A stretch of DNA of 64,000 bases from Octopus sinensis (lineage: Eukaryota): positions 35,464,001 through 35,528,000 of the forward strand of contig NC_043004.1 in assembly GCF_006345805.1 (NCBI RefSeq), given 5' to 3'. Position numbers and translations under genes: made by a program. Positions 40,483-53,589 of the stretch are shown in pieces; positions within the stretch are counted from its first letter, which is position 1, and each line of letters starts with the position of its first letter. The notes below the pieces were generated by a model. That model ran no database searches. It was not told the DNA's origin and saw nothing but the letters and a program-made list of their open reading frames with translations.

Positions 40483-41909
40483 CAAAACCTTACATAGTTT
40501 GTTTCTTCTTTTTCTTCTTGTTGGTGTAGTCCATACCCAAGACACTGATTTCCAACAGTCCATCACACTCATTGTAAAGTTACCACAGAATGGTCATTGT
40601 TCATTGCCGGAACCAGTTTCTCTCCTATAACATTTCAGCATGCTTTTGTCGTCTTGCTGTCCTTAATTCAAAGCTTCTTGTGAGCGTCAGCAAAAGTGAT
40701 ACTCTCCAAAATGATACTCTCATTTTGATATTCAAGTGTTCAGTGGTAGCAACTGTGGTCTGCAACCCCCAGAAAAAAGGATGAAAAGTATTTCTCTTCT
40801 ATGTCCTACATTTGAAGGAGGCTGGTTTATAAAAACATAAGTAGTTTAAAATAGGTTTTCACAATCTGAGAAACTGAACAACTGATAAACAATGAAATGA
40901 TTTTGTCCAACTATTTATACTAGTCAAGCTGGTCTCCCCATCTTGATTGTTGCTTTCACTCTCTTTCAGCTGTATTATGCTCCAGCCTCCTTCAGGGGTC
41001 TCATGTTGGACTTGGTTGTTGTATTGGAATTTCAAAACTAACCCTTTATTTGTTCTATAGGGGTACATTGTACTCTCTACATTTTGAGACATCTTTTAGT
41101 TCAGTTGAATTATGTTAATTACCATGAGGCCTTGCTTGCAACTGAATAATAGACTTTAACACAAGACAGGCTGTGAAACAGTCAAAACATTGTAAAAGAA
41201 TGAAGATGAAGACACCATTCCGACTAATATAAACAGCAGACATAATGTAAATTCCTTATCTCAGTAATACAGAATTGAAATGGTTATGGCATCAGTTCCT
41301 TATGTTGTACACAATGAGCACACTGATGAAGCAGATGTAACAATGTATACTTTGGGGTCACATCGTTGCAAACTCTATACAAACCTCATCTCATTCAACA
41401 ACACACAAGAAGGTGGAAGGCAACGCAAAGTTGCAATTGTAGTTGACCCCCGAAGACTCAAGATGGTAACACAAAGTCTATAGCTGGCAAACTCATTCCA
41501 CATGACTTAACTCTTTTCACCCGGAATTTCAATTTAGGAATCAATAAAATGGAGAGGGATAAAATATAATCAACAGGTTTACTTTTAGAACAATATTCTT
41601 TGGATATTATTGAAGGATTCATTATGGGTTACAAGACATTCTTCTAGAGATGTATTCAATCATTCAATCCTCCCTTCATGCTGCAACCAATACATTCAAA
41701 CCGAAGCCAGCAGAAAACAATGCAACTTTAGCTTTGACAAAAATCAATGCACTTTGGGTCAGCTAGATCCATAAATTACCAGAACTTTTTGACTTTGCCA
41801 CATTTGTGTGATATAATATATATAGATATATATAAATATACATATATATTCATGCACATACATAAATGCATACATGTGTGTATATATGCATACACAGGCA
41901 GAAATACAA

Positions 41910-41956
<47 letters not shown>

Positions 41957-41962
41957 TATATA

Positions 41963-41994
<32 letters not shown>

Positions 41995-43476
41995 CATTTA
42001 CATATATTCATGCCTCACATAAACAAATACCAACATGTGTGTGAACATATTTACGCATGCATGCTTGACTTACAATGACTACATCAAGAACTCTACCAAG
42101 AACATTGGATTCAAATGTCAAAAACTCATCCTATTTTTCAAATAAAGAAATATGGACATAACAGGTATAAACACAAAATGATAAAGCTAGAAATGTTTCC
42201 TTTAATCAATATTATTCCAGTGGGCCATTAATTGGCAAAACCAATGTAACACCTGAACGCCTGATTAGTTTCTCACTATTTTCATCTGTTACCTTTTATA
42301 AATATAGATATATGTGACTATCAGTCTTTCAGTTCAAACCCTGCAAGGGTTATCTATGCAGTTTGCCCTGTATGGGGTCAGTAAAAATAAAAGTTTTAGA
42401 ATTACTATATTGAAGTAAGCTAGCAGAATCATTAGAGCTTGGACAACTAATTTGATGCGTTTTTTTACATTCTAAGATCAAGTCCTGTTGACGTCAACTT
42501 TGCTCTCATCCTTTCCGGGTTAATAAAATAAAGAACCAATCAGTGACTGGGATTGATTATATTGACTCACCCTTTTTTTCAAAATTTCTGCTCTTGTCCC
42601 TAAATAATGAACCATTATGATTATACAGAGATTTAGGGAAATATTTCCTGGTTCTTGAATTTGTGTCAGTGAAAAAGGATTCAAACGTAGAAGCATTTCC
42701 ATATTTTTTGAGTATGAGACAAGGAACTAACAATAAGGGTATTAAGAAATGGTTTTAATTATTCCAGTATTGATTTATCAGAGAATGGGAGTGATACAAT
42801 ATTACACTATAAAATTTGTGAAAATATTTGCTGTAATGGCAGAGTGTCTGATTAAATTTATAACTTTACATAATATTATATTACAAAAGTTTTCATAAAA
42901 TGTTTTCAAATCCACAGCATTGGTTACCGTGTTACAATATAGATGTACTTTTACTGACAATTCAATTATTGCTTCAAATATAGAATTCACAGAAATATGA
43001 TATATATATATAGAATAATCACAATTATTATTTACTCCCTCACTTTTCAATGCTTCCATAATAATATTCAGTGATTAAGGGTACTTCCTGAGTGAAGATG
43101 ACTTTATGTGTGTATGGTTTTATATGGCATGTCACAACACACCATACTAACCTGCCAATTATAACACTTTTCTTCCAAACTCTTAGGTTATTTCCTATCT
43201 TATATTTGATAAAGAGAGTCTTTCCTGAAAGATAATAGCGTTAAACATCCTATATAAAATATATAAAATCCAAATGAAAGTGGCCCCTCTGCCACATAAA
43301 CTCAAATTGCAACATTGACCTTTTATTGGAACCTCAACAGCAACAACACTTTATAATGCAGAATTTATATCTTCCAATGGGTTTAGCTGGGAGAGTGAGT
43401 TGTAAATATTCACTGATCTGCTTAAACATTGAGAAATATCTCTAATGAAGAAAAATTAAGGAACTAATTTTGTCTA

Positions 43477-44355
43477 CAAGGTAGTATTAAAAAGTTGCCA
43501 GACAAGATCTGTAGTGCACCAACAGATGGCAGCACGTGGTTGCATGTGCAGTGAGAGCTAGCAGTGGCCTTCGTGAGGTGGTGTGTTGGGTGACATCACT
43601 GTATTTACTTCAGAAGTCATGAAACTTGTGTTTTGGGGAATCATGTGTATGCTGTAGTCTGTGATTTTGTCATGGACAGGAAGTTGGAACAAAGAGCCAA
43701 AACTTGGAAAGTCTGCTACAGAGACATTGAGCATGCTTTGGTAAGCTTACGGTGATGAGGCAATGGGTCATGTGCAATGTTTCAAATGACATGGATGCTT
43801 CAAAAGCAGAAGAACGTCCCTGGATGACGATGAACAATCTGGAAGACCTGCCAAGAGCATCATCCACAGAAATGTGGAGAAAATTCTTCAGCTTGTGCCT
43901 GAGGATCGATAGAGGACAATCAACAATGTTTTGAAGTATTTGAGGGAAAACATTCAGCAAAAGTAACTGGAGCATGAAGAATTGCATTCTTCACGATGAC
44001 AAGGCACCCTGTCACCGAGTCCTCCTCACTCATGAGTTTCTTGCCAAAAACCAACATGGTATCCCTTCTGCACCCACCCTATTCACCAGATTTAGCACCT
44101 GCAGACTTCCCTAAGATGAAAATACAGCTCAAAGGTCACCATTTTAACACTGTTCTTGTGATCAAGAGTGAATTGCAGAAGGTCCTCAACTCACTTACAG
44201 AAAACGACTTCCAAGCCAGATTCCAAAAGTGACAGGGACGCTGGGACAAGTGTATTGCTGTGCAAGGTGACTCTTTTGAAGGAGATGAGGTTAAAATTTA
44301 GGTAAATAAGTTATTTTTTATCAAACATAACTGGGAACTTTTTGGTACTGCCTCA
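43477..44355 (+). mobile_element. Internally deleted Tc1/mariner transposon
   Basis: TA flanks (43475-76, 44356-57) and imperfect TIRs (caaggtagtattaaaaagttgccag / tgaggcagtaccaaaaagttcccag). Transposase remnants MDRKLEQRA..GKSATETLSML..AYGDEAM..DDEQSGRP, ILHDDKAPCH, and HPPYSPDLAPADF..RWDKCIAVQGDSFEGD. The DD catalytic region is missing. Confidence 0.92.
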
Positions 44356-45729
44356 TATATGGGAAGTAAGGAAATGTTTGTTTGTTTCTTTCTTTTGCAG
44401 TGGAGAGTGAGACGTGATTTTTGTTTTTTACTTGCTGGTCATAGATGAAAGGACAGTCCCCATGTCCTTCATAGTTCCTCCTAACCTAGTGAGTTTGATG
44501 TCATTAAGGTTCCATTTAAATCTTTGCCAGTCAGCACCTGCAGGAAAGACACAAGCAGAGAAGGAGACTCCTTAAAAGGAATGATGTTCTAGGAAAGAAG
44601 AAAGGAAGGGATTAATGTGGGAGTCAAATAAGAAATGGGAGAACAACAGTGGTGATGAGAGGAGGAGAGGTAAGTGGGTCAGAAATACCTGACTGCAGGT
44701 GGTTTGAAATCAAAGAAGCTTTAAAAGAATGGAATGGTAGAAGAAAAGGCAGGAAACAAAGACAAGACGACTGTAGGCCAGAGGCTGGAGTATGTTTGTG
44801 ACTTTATATTGCTTAGATATTACTGGTAACATATTGTCAACTCAACAAGGATGAGAAAGAAATCCATCTTCTCCAAAATGTAAACTCAATAGGCAAGAGG
44901 GGTTTACTTTGTGAAATAAATGCTGATGATTAATTTATCTCAAAGCAATTAATGAAATAATTAGACACAGCCAGTAATTATAGAATAAGATGCTCTTTAT
45001 AACTAAATATGTCATATTCTTGAATATGGTAAATCTCTAGTTTTTGTCATCGGAAAAGGCATATTATTTCAAAGTTATTATAGCACTATTAAAGTTAATT
45101 ATAGGCCATTTTCTCCAATAGGAAATTAATATTAAATGTGGTTTTATGACTGTGAAGGATGAATGGGTCTCTCCAAGTAAGATGAGTTTAGGTCATCTTA
45201 CATCACAAATTATTTGTGTCTTAGATATTTGTTCATAGTCGGTAAAAATACTAAATTGGTATAAATAGTAAAGAACCAAGCCAAAATGGCTTACATCGTT
45301 GAGTATTACACTTCTATGTTCCAAGTTCGAATCACACCATGGATCAACTGTATTACTCCCCAACATAGACTTCATGAATATTCAAAAGAAATCAATTTTA
45401 GATGTAATAATTAAAATCATTAACGTTCTTAGGTTCAACAGATGCAGAGAGTGAACCAAATCCACTTCCTGTTACTCATAAATCATCATTGAAGCGAGAT
45501 AAATTGACCAATGAGAATCTAAGACAGAAGCAATCATAATGTTTCCTTTTCTATGCTTCTGATTGTCTGAGGACTGATTTCCAGTCCGTAAGACCTTAAA
45601 TAATATGAGGAGCTAAATCAACCTGTTACTCAATAAATAAAGCTCCAACTACATGTATTGAGATCTACTTCCATCCATTTGTGCACTTGCATGTATATGT
45701 GCATGCATGAGTACACACACACATATACA

Positions 45730-45767
<38 letters not shown>

Positions 45768-46932
45768 TGTACAGAAGTGTGTGTGTCTGTAAAAGTAACT
45801 TTTGCATTTGCTTTCAGAAGAATATTGATAAGAGAACTGTAAGCAGAGCGGTATTGTAAGCATTTCTCTCTTGACCCAAATCTTCAAAAGGATCCATAAC
45901 CAGCAAGCTCACAAGACATTTATTAATTTAGCATTCCTAATCTGGTTAGCTATTCCACCTTGAGATATTATTTGCAATTAGAACCATAGAAATATACATG
46001 TTGTTGAAGCTAGAGATGAGAAGTGCTATGAACACAGTAATCTCATTTTCTCAAGCTGATCTGGATTAGCTGGTTCGCTTTTACAGCCTCCATACAATCA
46101 TCTTGACCCTGTGTTTTCTCTTTTGTGAAGCATGCTGTTCAGTAATTAGCCTTTACTAGTTCTTCCCTTATCAAACCTGTTCTCTTGCATCATGCACTCT
46201 CTTGTGAATTTTCATGACACTTCTTAAGCCCTCATATATGATTTATTCATTTTAAATCTAAAGAAGCGTTGTCCCCATGCCCACCACCCCTGCACACATC
46301 AGCCAATATCACAGATGCTATACTGCTTTATCAACTCACATGTGATCATGATTAAAAATGGAAATATAGAAATCATTTATTTATTTTCTCTAAAGATCAT
46401 CAGCAACTTGAAGAATTTTACCTTCCAGCAATAGGATATGACATTTGTCACTTTTTAAGCTGTTCTTGCTTTTAACAAGTTTATATTAGTTCATTCTAAC
46501 TTACAAGTCCTTAGAAATGACTTCTGTTGCTCAGCAACAATAAATATAGATCACAACACCTTACTATAATAGAGTTAGCATAGTTCCACAATGACTACTA
46601 AATGCTTAACAAATTCACTTCTCACAAATGAGGTCTCATGCTCAATACAGCAACTGGGCATATTGGCTAAATGTATTTGATCATATCTTCAGCTCAAAAA
46701 AAAAAAAAGAAGCCATATTAAGGAAATTGGGTTGAAAGAAACAGTGTGGAAGACCACTGGATAGAATGTAACTGGGATCTACAGGTCCAACCTTGTCGAA
46801 ACTCTCAAAGGAATTATGAAGCTTTTCCAAGTGAAAAAAATTATATGATTCTCTACTAAAAGGTATTAATGGATCCTTCAGTTAATGTTGTTATATATGT
46901 GTGTGTGTTTATTTATATATATCTATTTGTTA

Positions 46933-46964
<32 letters not shown>

Positions 46965-47029
46965 TATATATATAATATATGATAGATCATATAGATCTAT
47001 CATATAGATATATATAATATATGATAGAT

Positions 47030-47210
47030 CGGGAGCCACTACACACATTTTTTTTCTCTCCTTGTTTTTTTTTCTGTGTCCCTTTCTGTAGAAGGGCGTA
47101 GACTCGAAATGTAAAAGACTTTTTCTATTCCTGAGCATTATACTAATACAACCGTTTGTTTTCTACACCACTTGTCTTTGTCTTTTGTTTTTTTTCTTCA
47201 ACTCTTCTTT
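47030..47210 (+). mobile_element. Short (TA)n-embedded PLE pseudo-LTR-like element with a decayed HHR-like motif (47082-47118)
   Basis: cttt-CTGTAGA-agggc gtag actc-GAAAT-GTA-aaag. The core is non-canonical, stem I (cttt/aaag) pairs, and the element is flanked by (TA)n. Confidence 0.4.
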
Positions 47211-47221
47211 CTCTATATATG

Positions 47222-47273
<52 letters not shown>

Positions 47274-47339
47274 GGTCCCGGGTTGAGTCGGGGTTAACCA
47301 CAGTAAATAAGGTACTCAATACATAGCAGAGTAAATTAT

Positions 47340-47421
47340 TTTATTTTATAGAATTAATTCCTGATGATTTCTTTTGAATGAAACAGTTCTAGTCCTGTAG
47401 AAGCTCCTTCTATAAAATAAA
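47340..47421 (+). ncRNA. Type I hammerhead ribozyme (one defect at the base of stem II)
   Basis: Outer stem I tttattttatagaa (47340-53) / ttctataaaataaa (47408-21) is a perfect 14 bp. Inner stem I is ttc/gaa; core CTGATGA 47361-67; stem II ttc-tttt-gaa with U-U at 10.1/11.1; GAAA 47380-83; stem III acag/ctgt; cleavage triplet GUA ending at 47399. Confidence 0.75.
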
Positions 47422-47447
47422 TATATATATACATATATATACATATG

Positions 47448-47481
<34 letters not shown>

Positions 47482-47489
47482 ATATATAG

Positions 47490-47529
<40 letters not shown>

Positions 47530-47859
47530 TAGAGATAGATAGATAGAAATAGATAGATGGAAATAGATTTCTATCCTATTATTGCATTCCCCTTTTCCTC
47601 CCATCTCACCCTTTGCATACACAACTCCCCGCTCACTTACCCTGTCTCCATTTTCTGTACCACACCACTGATATTCACCTCCTTGTATCTGGGGGGCTAA
47701 ACCTTAGCATGGTACTACCATCTCTCTCTCTCTTTCTGTTTACAGTACCCTTGTATCTCCTCTACTGCACGATACATGTTTCTGTCCCTTTATCATAGTC
47801 TAACCTCTTGCCACCTCCCTCAATCTTGCTCCACATCTTGTTGAGAGGTCCTTGCCTTG

Positions 47860-48065
47860 CAAGTTATTTTGCAACCTCACTGATGTTGGTGCCACATAAA
47901 AAGCACCCAGTTCACACTTTGTAAAGTGGGTGACATTAGGAAAGATATCCAGACATAGAAATTATGCTAAAGCAGAGAGTAGTGCTTGGAGAAGCCCTTT
48001 GGTATGCAAGATCATCCACTGAGGCCATCCAACCCATGCCAGCACAGAAAATGATGATAGTGATG
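47860..48065 (+). mobile_element. Diverged family A-like RTE-tail element
   Basis: 'cacataaaaagcaccc..ccatccaacccatgccagca..gatgat' tail. Confidence 0.6.
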
Positions 48066-48107
48066 CGCACGTACGTGCACACATATGCACACACACACAT
48101 ACATTAC

Positions 48108-48162
<55 letters not shown>

Positions 48163-50147
48163 ATACAAACATACACAGAGAGAAAGCGAGAGAGGTAGTT
48201 GAATAAGTGTCACGAAACAAGAAATAACATCCTACATTTCTATAATTACAATGTGGAACTAATCAATTCTTAATACTCTGAGTTTCATATAAACTGCAGT
48301 GATATTTTGCATGGAACTTGATCAATACAAATTTTCACAGGAGTTATTTGATAACTAGAGTATTGTATATTGACCGATTCCATACTTCATGTTTGTGTGT
48401 GTGTATATGCATGCATGCATGTGTATGCGTGTGTGCACGTACATATGCATGCATATACAGGGGAATCACAATTTACTAATGCCTCTCATCATGACCAAAT
48501 CATTTTATGAACAATTTTTTGAACATGAAATATTTTGAGTAGTGAATCGTATCTTGAGTAATAAACACACAGGCCAGCAACAACCGTTGGCAACAGGCTG
48601 GAAGTATCAGTGAGAGAGCTACAATTGCTGCCCAGCTTCTGCTTAGTGCAAATCCCTGCTCAAATTTGCTGTGCCCTCTCTTGTATTTTCAATGAGAAAA
48701 ATAGTTTTGGCTCATGAATATTCCATGTGACAAACAGCTTTCAGGAATGAATTAAATTTACAAACCAAGGTTCCTCTGCATATGTATATATATCATCCTC
48801 ATCATCAACAAGCTTACACACACTTTTGTCCATCAAATTTCACTAACAAGCCAAACCTATGTTAGACCAAAGGTGCTGAGCTTTGAGATTGAACCAACAA
48901 ACCAGGAATCAAATGGTCACAAAGCAAACTTCTTGAGTGACCATCCAGTCATTCTACACTCAAAATATGCTCTTGAAATATACTTTTTTCTCATCATTCA
49001 TTTTGCCTGAAATCTTTACAGGTGTCCTCGTCTAACAAAATAATCTAATTACTCTCTCTCTAAAAAGACAATTTTCTTCATCAAGATATTCTAGAGAAAC
49101 TGTATTCACGATAGATTTCAGTGTTGTTCAACCACAAAATGAGTTAAAATTTACACTTAAAGTATTAAATTTTTAAATCACTCTCATAAATTCTAATGTT
49201 GCTATTGTTTTTTCTTTTGTAAATTTTCTTTTTACATTTAACACAATTCTTTCATGTTAATTTGAGATAAATGTTCATATAATTGATATTATTGCTGATG
49301 CTGCTACTGCTGTTGTTGTTGCTGTTGTTGTCGATGCTATTAAATGTTTTGCTAGTTTTTCAACCTGCAAACTATTTAGTGCAACATGATGAAAGAGACA
49401 TATTCAGCCAAGGTATTACCAAATCCTAATCAGATTTCAAAAGTTGCTTGTTTTTTTATTTCATTCCTGTAATTTATTATTATCACTATTATTGGTTTTC
49501 TCCTCGTTGTTGTCATCATCGTCATCATTATCATCATCATTATTGTTATAACTATTATTATTTTACTCATCAACATCATTACTCTTTTTCTTTTTTTTTT
49601 TTTTTTTTCAAATAGTGGTAATGAAATTTCTTCCACTATTTATTATTATTTTCTTTCAGTCTCAAGTTTCCAGTTGATTCCTTGTTAAAAAGCTGCCTTT
49701 TACTGAAGGCTATAAAACTAACAGATCAATTCGATTTTATAAGATCGTTTGATCTTACTTAGATCAGAGATTATTGTACAATTAGTTTCAAAACTGATAG
49801 TGAATTGTCACTTCGTGTTTAATCAAGAAACCATTACTAAAATCAGCCAATTCACAAGGAAACAAAGATCTTGATATTGATTTCATTTGACTGGGATATG
49901 GAGAATTTTTCTATGGCAAGAACATGGTCATCTGAATCAGCTGGTACAGTATATGATGCTGGTACGAGATAAATAATAGATAAATTATATAAGCTGCATG
50001 AGTAATGCAGTAAATATGCAGATGATATTATAACTGACAAAAAACAGCTGGCTTAGCAGAAATGAGGAAAATTAAACAAGTAAACAATATGTAGTGTGGT
50101 AGAAAAATAAAGGATTTGAATTAACCCTGAACTAATTCTTTACTCCT

Positions 50148-50374
50148 TTAACTCTTTAGTGTTCAGATTACTCTGTTAAATGTAATATTTCTTTACTCAA
50201 ATTGTTTTTAGTTAATCCTGCATTATCTTATAGCTTTTGAGGTTTCAATGATATGATTGTATATTTTTAGAATGTCAATGTAGATTAGGTGTGAGAGGCC
50301 AGATATTGCCAGTTTGAATAAAAAACATAGAATATTTGGGCCGGATATGGCTGGTTTAAACACTAAAGGGTTAA
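50148..50374. mobile_element. piggyBac-type MITE
   Basis: TTAA TSD (50148-51, 50371-74); TIRs ctctttagtgtt / aacactaaaggg. Confidence 0.8.
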
Positions 50375-50664
50375 ACCTGTTACTAAAGGAATAAAGCAAT
50401 TGTTAAAAGCTAGCAATGTAAAGTTGTGTACATGTAGCACAGTAAAATTATGATACCAAACATGCAGTGTGTGAATGTAGCTTGTAAATACAAAGGAAAA
50501 GATCAAATAGAGATTGTATATATTCAAGGATAAGCCTAACAATTCGGGAATGCCCACTTAGACTGTTTGGCCATGTTGTTCAATTATCTGACTTAGACCC
50601 TGTTTACTGTGTCCTCTTCACTGAGGATCTGGCAGGGTTGAGGGCTCATGTTATTTTTTTATAT

Positions 50665-50860
50665 TTTTTATTGCCCACAAGGCACCAAACATAGTGACAA
50701 ACAAGGACAGACAAAGGGATTAAATGGTACTTAATTTATCGATCCCAAAAGGATGAAAGACAAAGTCAACCTCGGTGGAATTTGAACTCAAAACGTAACG
50801 GCTGACGAAATACTGCTAAGCATTTCGCCCAGCATGCTAACGTTTCTGCCACCTCGCCAA
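50665..50860 (-). mobile_element. Family C SINE (partly deleted)
   Basis: Reverse-complement match to family C. Confidence 0.8.
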
Positions 50861-51749
50861 CCACATGCCACATGGTCATGGTAGTTGAGGGGGAGTCTTG
50901 CAAGGATGGGGACTGACTGGGACTCTGCTCAGCTGGGAGAACCCAGGAATAAACCAACAAACGGTAAATGCAGCAACACACAGCAGCATCACATAACTTC
51001 ACATGTGGCTTGACCTGATGGATTACTGTTTGAAATAAAGGCAAAAGTGACATCAACACAGCTAGCTCAGCAACTGTTAAACCAGTCAGTCATTATTTAA
51101 TTTCTCAGTACCAACTTTAGCAACTTACGTAAGACCATAGATTCTGCAAAACTGTTTAACAATAAAGTCAAGGTTATAGAAATAGAAAAGATAGCAAAAT
51201 TTGTTATTTGTATTAGGTGAGGTGAGGAGGAGGATACCATTGAAACATATGGGAAGTTATAACCATTGTTACAGGAGAATAAAACAGAAACATTTATTGC
51301 TTTATTAAGCATGAGACCATTAGTGAAAGGGGACTAGAAACTATTATCTAAAATAAAAACATTAACGAAACAAAGACATACTGAAAACTAAAGTTGTATC
51401 ATGAAATAAAGTAGTAAAATGAAAAGAAAACCTAAAGATAAATTACCATAGCAACAGTGGATATAAGCTGCTTTAAACTGTTATCAATGAAAGGAAATCA
51501 ATGAGTTAATTACATAGATTAGGTTTGTAAACAAAATGCCAGGTGGTCAACATTGCAACACCAGTAAATACCACCAAAGCAGACAGTACAATACACAAAG
51601 CATAATGAAATTAACAATGTAAATAATATTAATTTTTTTTTTTAGTTTTATTTACTGACTTCACATTGCTTAACATTGCATTGCAAAACAAACTGTACCT
51701 GGGAAAACGAAGGCCTAAATCTTAAATATGTAAATCTGCAATTAGAGAT

Positions 51750-52380
51750 TATCCGGCTATCTATTTGAGTCTTTATATAGCTATGCTGCGACCCACCTTG
51801 AATTTGCATCACCGGTCTGGAACCCCTATTTTGCCCAGGATATTAATCGTCTGGAAGCCGTTCAGCAACATGCAACCAAGAGAATACCCTCCATCAGGCA
51901 TTTGCCATATTCTGAATGCCTTACTTCTCTGGGCATAGATACACTGAAACTCCGACTTCTGGCAGCTAACTTGGCAGACACCCATAAGATTATTAACCAT
52001 CTTACAAACAATAACTCTGAGCACCTTTTCAAACTCCATCTGTCTAACACCTGTGGACATGTTTACAAACTCAGAAAACAGCACAGCTCCCATGACTTTC
52101 GGAAACATTTTTTCATGCTAAGGGTTGCTGAAGCATGGAACAAACTGCTGGCATCAGTTGTTAGTTGTCGAAGCACTGCATCCTTCAAAACTTCCATGCT
52201 TCCTGAGATTCGCCAACACTACACCTGATTTTCTCCCCTCCATAAACACGCAAGCATGTATCTGACTCATACACGGTTCACTTCCCAGACATTTGTACAT
52301 TACTGCATATGCTTTATATGCACTTTTGACAAGTTGTGGTGCACCTGAGCACTGTATATAATAATTTCATTATTTTATAT
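51750..52380 (+). mobile_element. 5'-truncated CR1/L2-group LINE (ORF2 C-terminus plus 3' UTR)
   Basis: LYIAMLRP(frameshift)EFASPVWNPYFAQDINRLEAVQQHATKRIPSIRHLPYSECL..GH.YKL..FRKHFF..RVAEAWNKL matches the CR1/L2 ORF2 C-terminal motifs (RP.LEY..PVW.P, LE.VQ..ATK, RV...WN.L). Confidence 0.88.
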
Positions 52381-53059
52381 TAGCAAAATATGTTGCTCCT
52401 TGAAAGTAAAGGAATAAAAAGAGAACTAAGTTTAAGGGCAGTGAATCTGTTGTGACTACCATGACAAACAGTGGCAATGTGACTAGGATGTGATCTTGGT
52501 CACCCTGTTTTCCTTGACAAGGGGAACTGTTACCAACATACCAGGGGTTAGTCTCTTATTGCATAAAGGAGAAGACAAAAGACTACAACCATTCCTAGCA
52601 CATCAGATTTGAGACCACACAACATTCAATGCAAGCATGGACAGAATTTGTGTAATGGTGAAGGCAAGGATGTACGTGTATATATAAAATAAGAACACAA
52701 ATGGATTTTAGAATCCATTTGTGCTCTTATTTTATACAAACTCCATACCAAAAACCAACCCTATGTTCAATCTGTAACTTGCATTGGGTCGTGAACCTAT
52801 GCGTGTATATGTGCATATATATATATATATTACACACACACACACATATACAGATAAGAAAAGAAATGGAGCAACAATTAGCAATTAGAAGTTGATTATT
52901 GGTATTAAAAGGTCATAGTTTAATTGTGGTTAAAAATTGTAGTTATATACATATATATATATATTTTCTTTTATATATATTTTCTGGTTTTGAACGGTTT
53001 GGCATTCTAGTGATTTTTCAGGTCTTTTTATATTTTTCTTGGTTGTAAATTATTCATAC

Positions 53060-53165
53060 CCGTATGTAATTCCTGACGAGTAATCTAATTTTTATTTCAA
53101 GAAGAATTTTCCATTTTTGTCTTTGGAATTAATTAGACTCCAAAACAATTTGTAGAGCGTATATT
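53060..53165 (+). ncRNA. Degenerate HHR-like motif with extended stem II
   Basis: ttc-CTGACGA (53073-79), tctaatt/aattaga stem, GAAAC altered to caaaac, near-palindromic acaatttgt, GUA, then gag pairing with ttc. Confidence 0.4.
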
Positions 53166-53589
53166 GGATTTGTGCCAACCTGGATTATGAATTAAAGATC
53201 GCCTACACCTACATTTCTTCCTCTCTACTTCATTTATTGTTTTTCCTAATACTGAATATGTATTTTTTTATATACTTTGCTTGGACTGTACCAGCAGACT
53301 TGGATGTTTGAAGGATTTCAGTTCTCACCTCTTTTACATACATGTGTGTGTATGTGTGTGTGTGTGTATGTGTGTGTGTGTATATATATATGTATGTATC
53401 TATGTATATATATTTATATATATTATCAAAAATGTACAGTGTTATGTATCCATCACGGCTGACCTTACCAATTGGTTTCACGCTAGGAACACAATAGAGA
53501 GTTACATTACAATCTGATTATATAACCTTATACTCATCAGAGTTAGTCAATATAGAAGGGAATGTGGCAATTGCTCTCAGTTGCCAGAG

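Noticed and set aside
41316-41390. CTGATGA with a plausible stem II
   Set aside because: GAAA is incomplete and no stem I partner exists.
44915-44970. CTGATGA-ttaatt..aattaat-GAAA
   Set aside because: No stem I pairing; low-complexity AT context.
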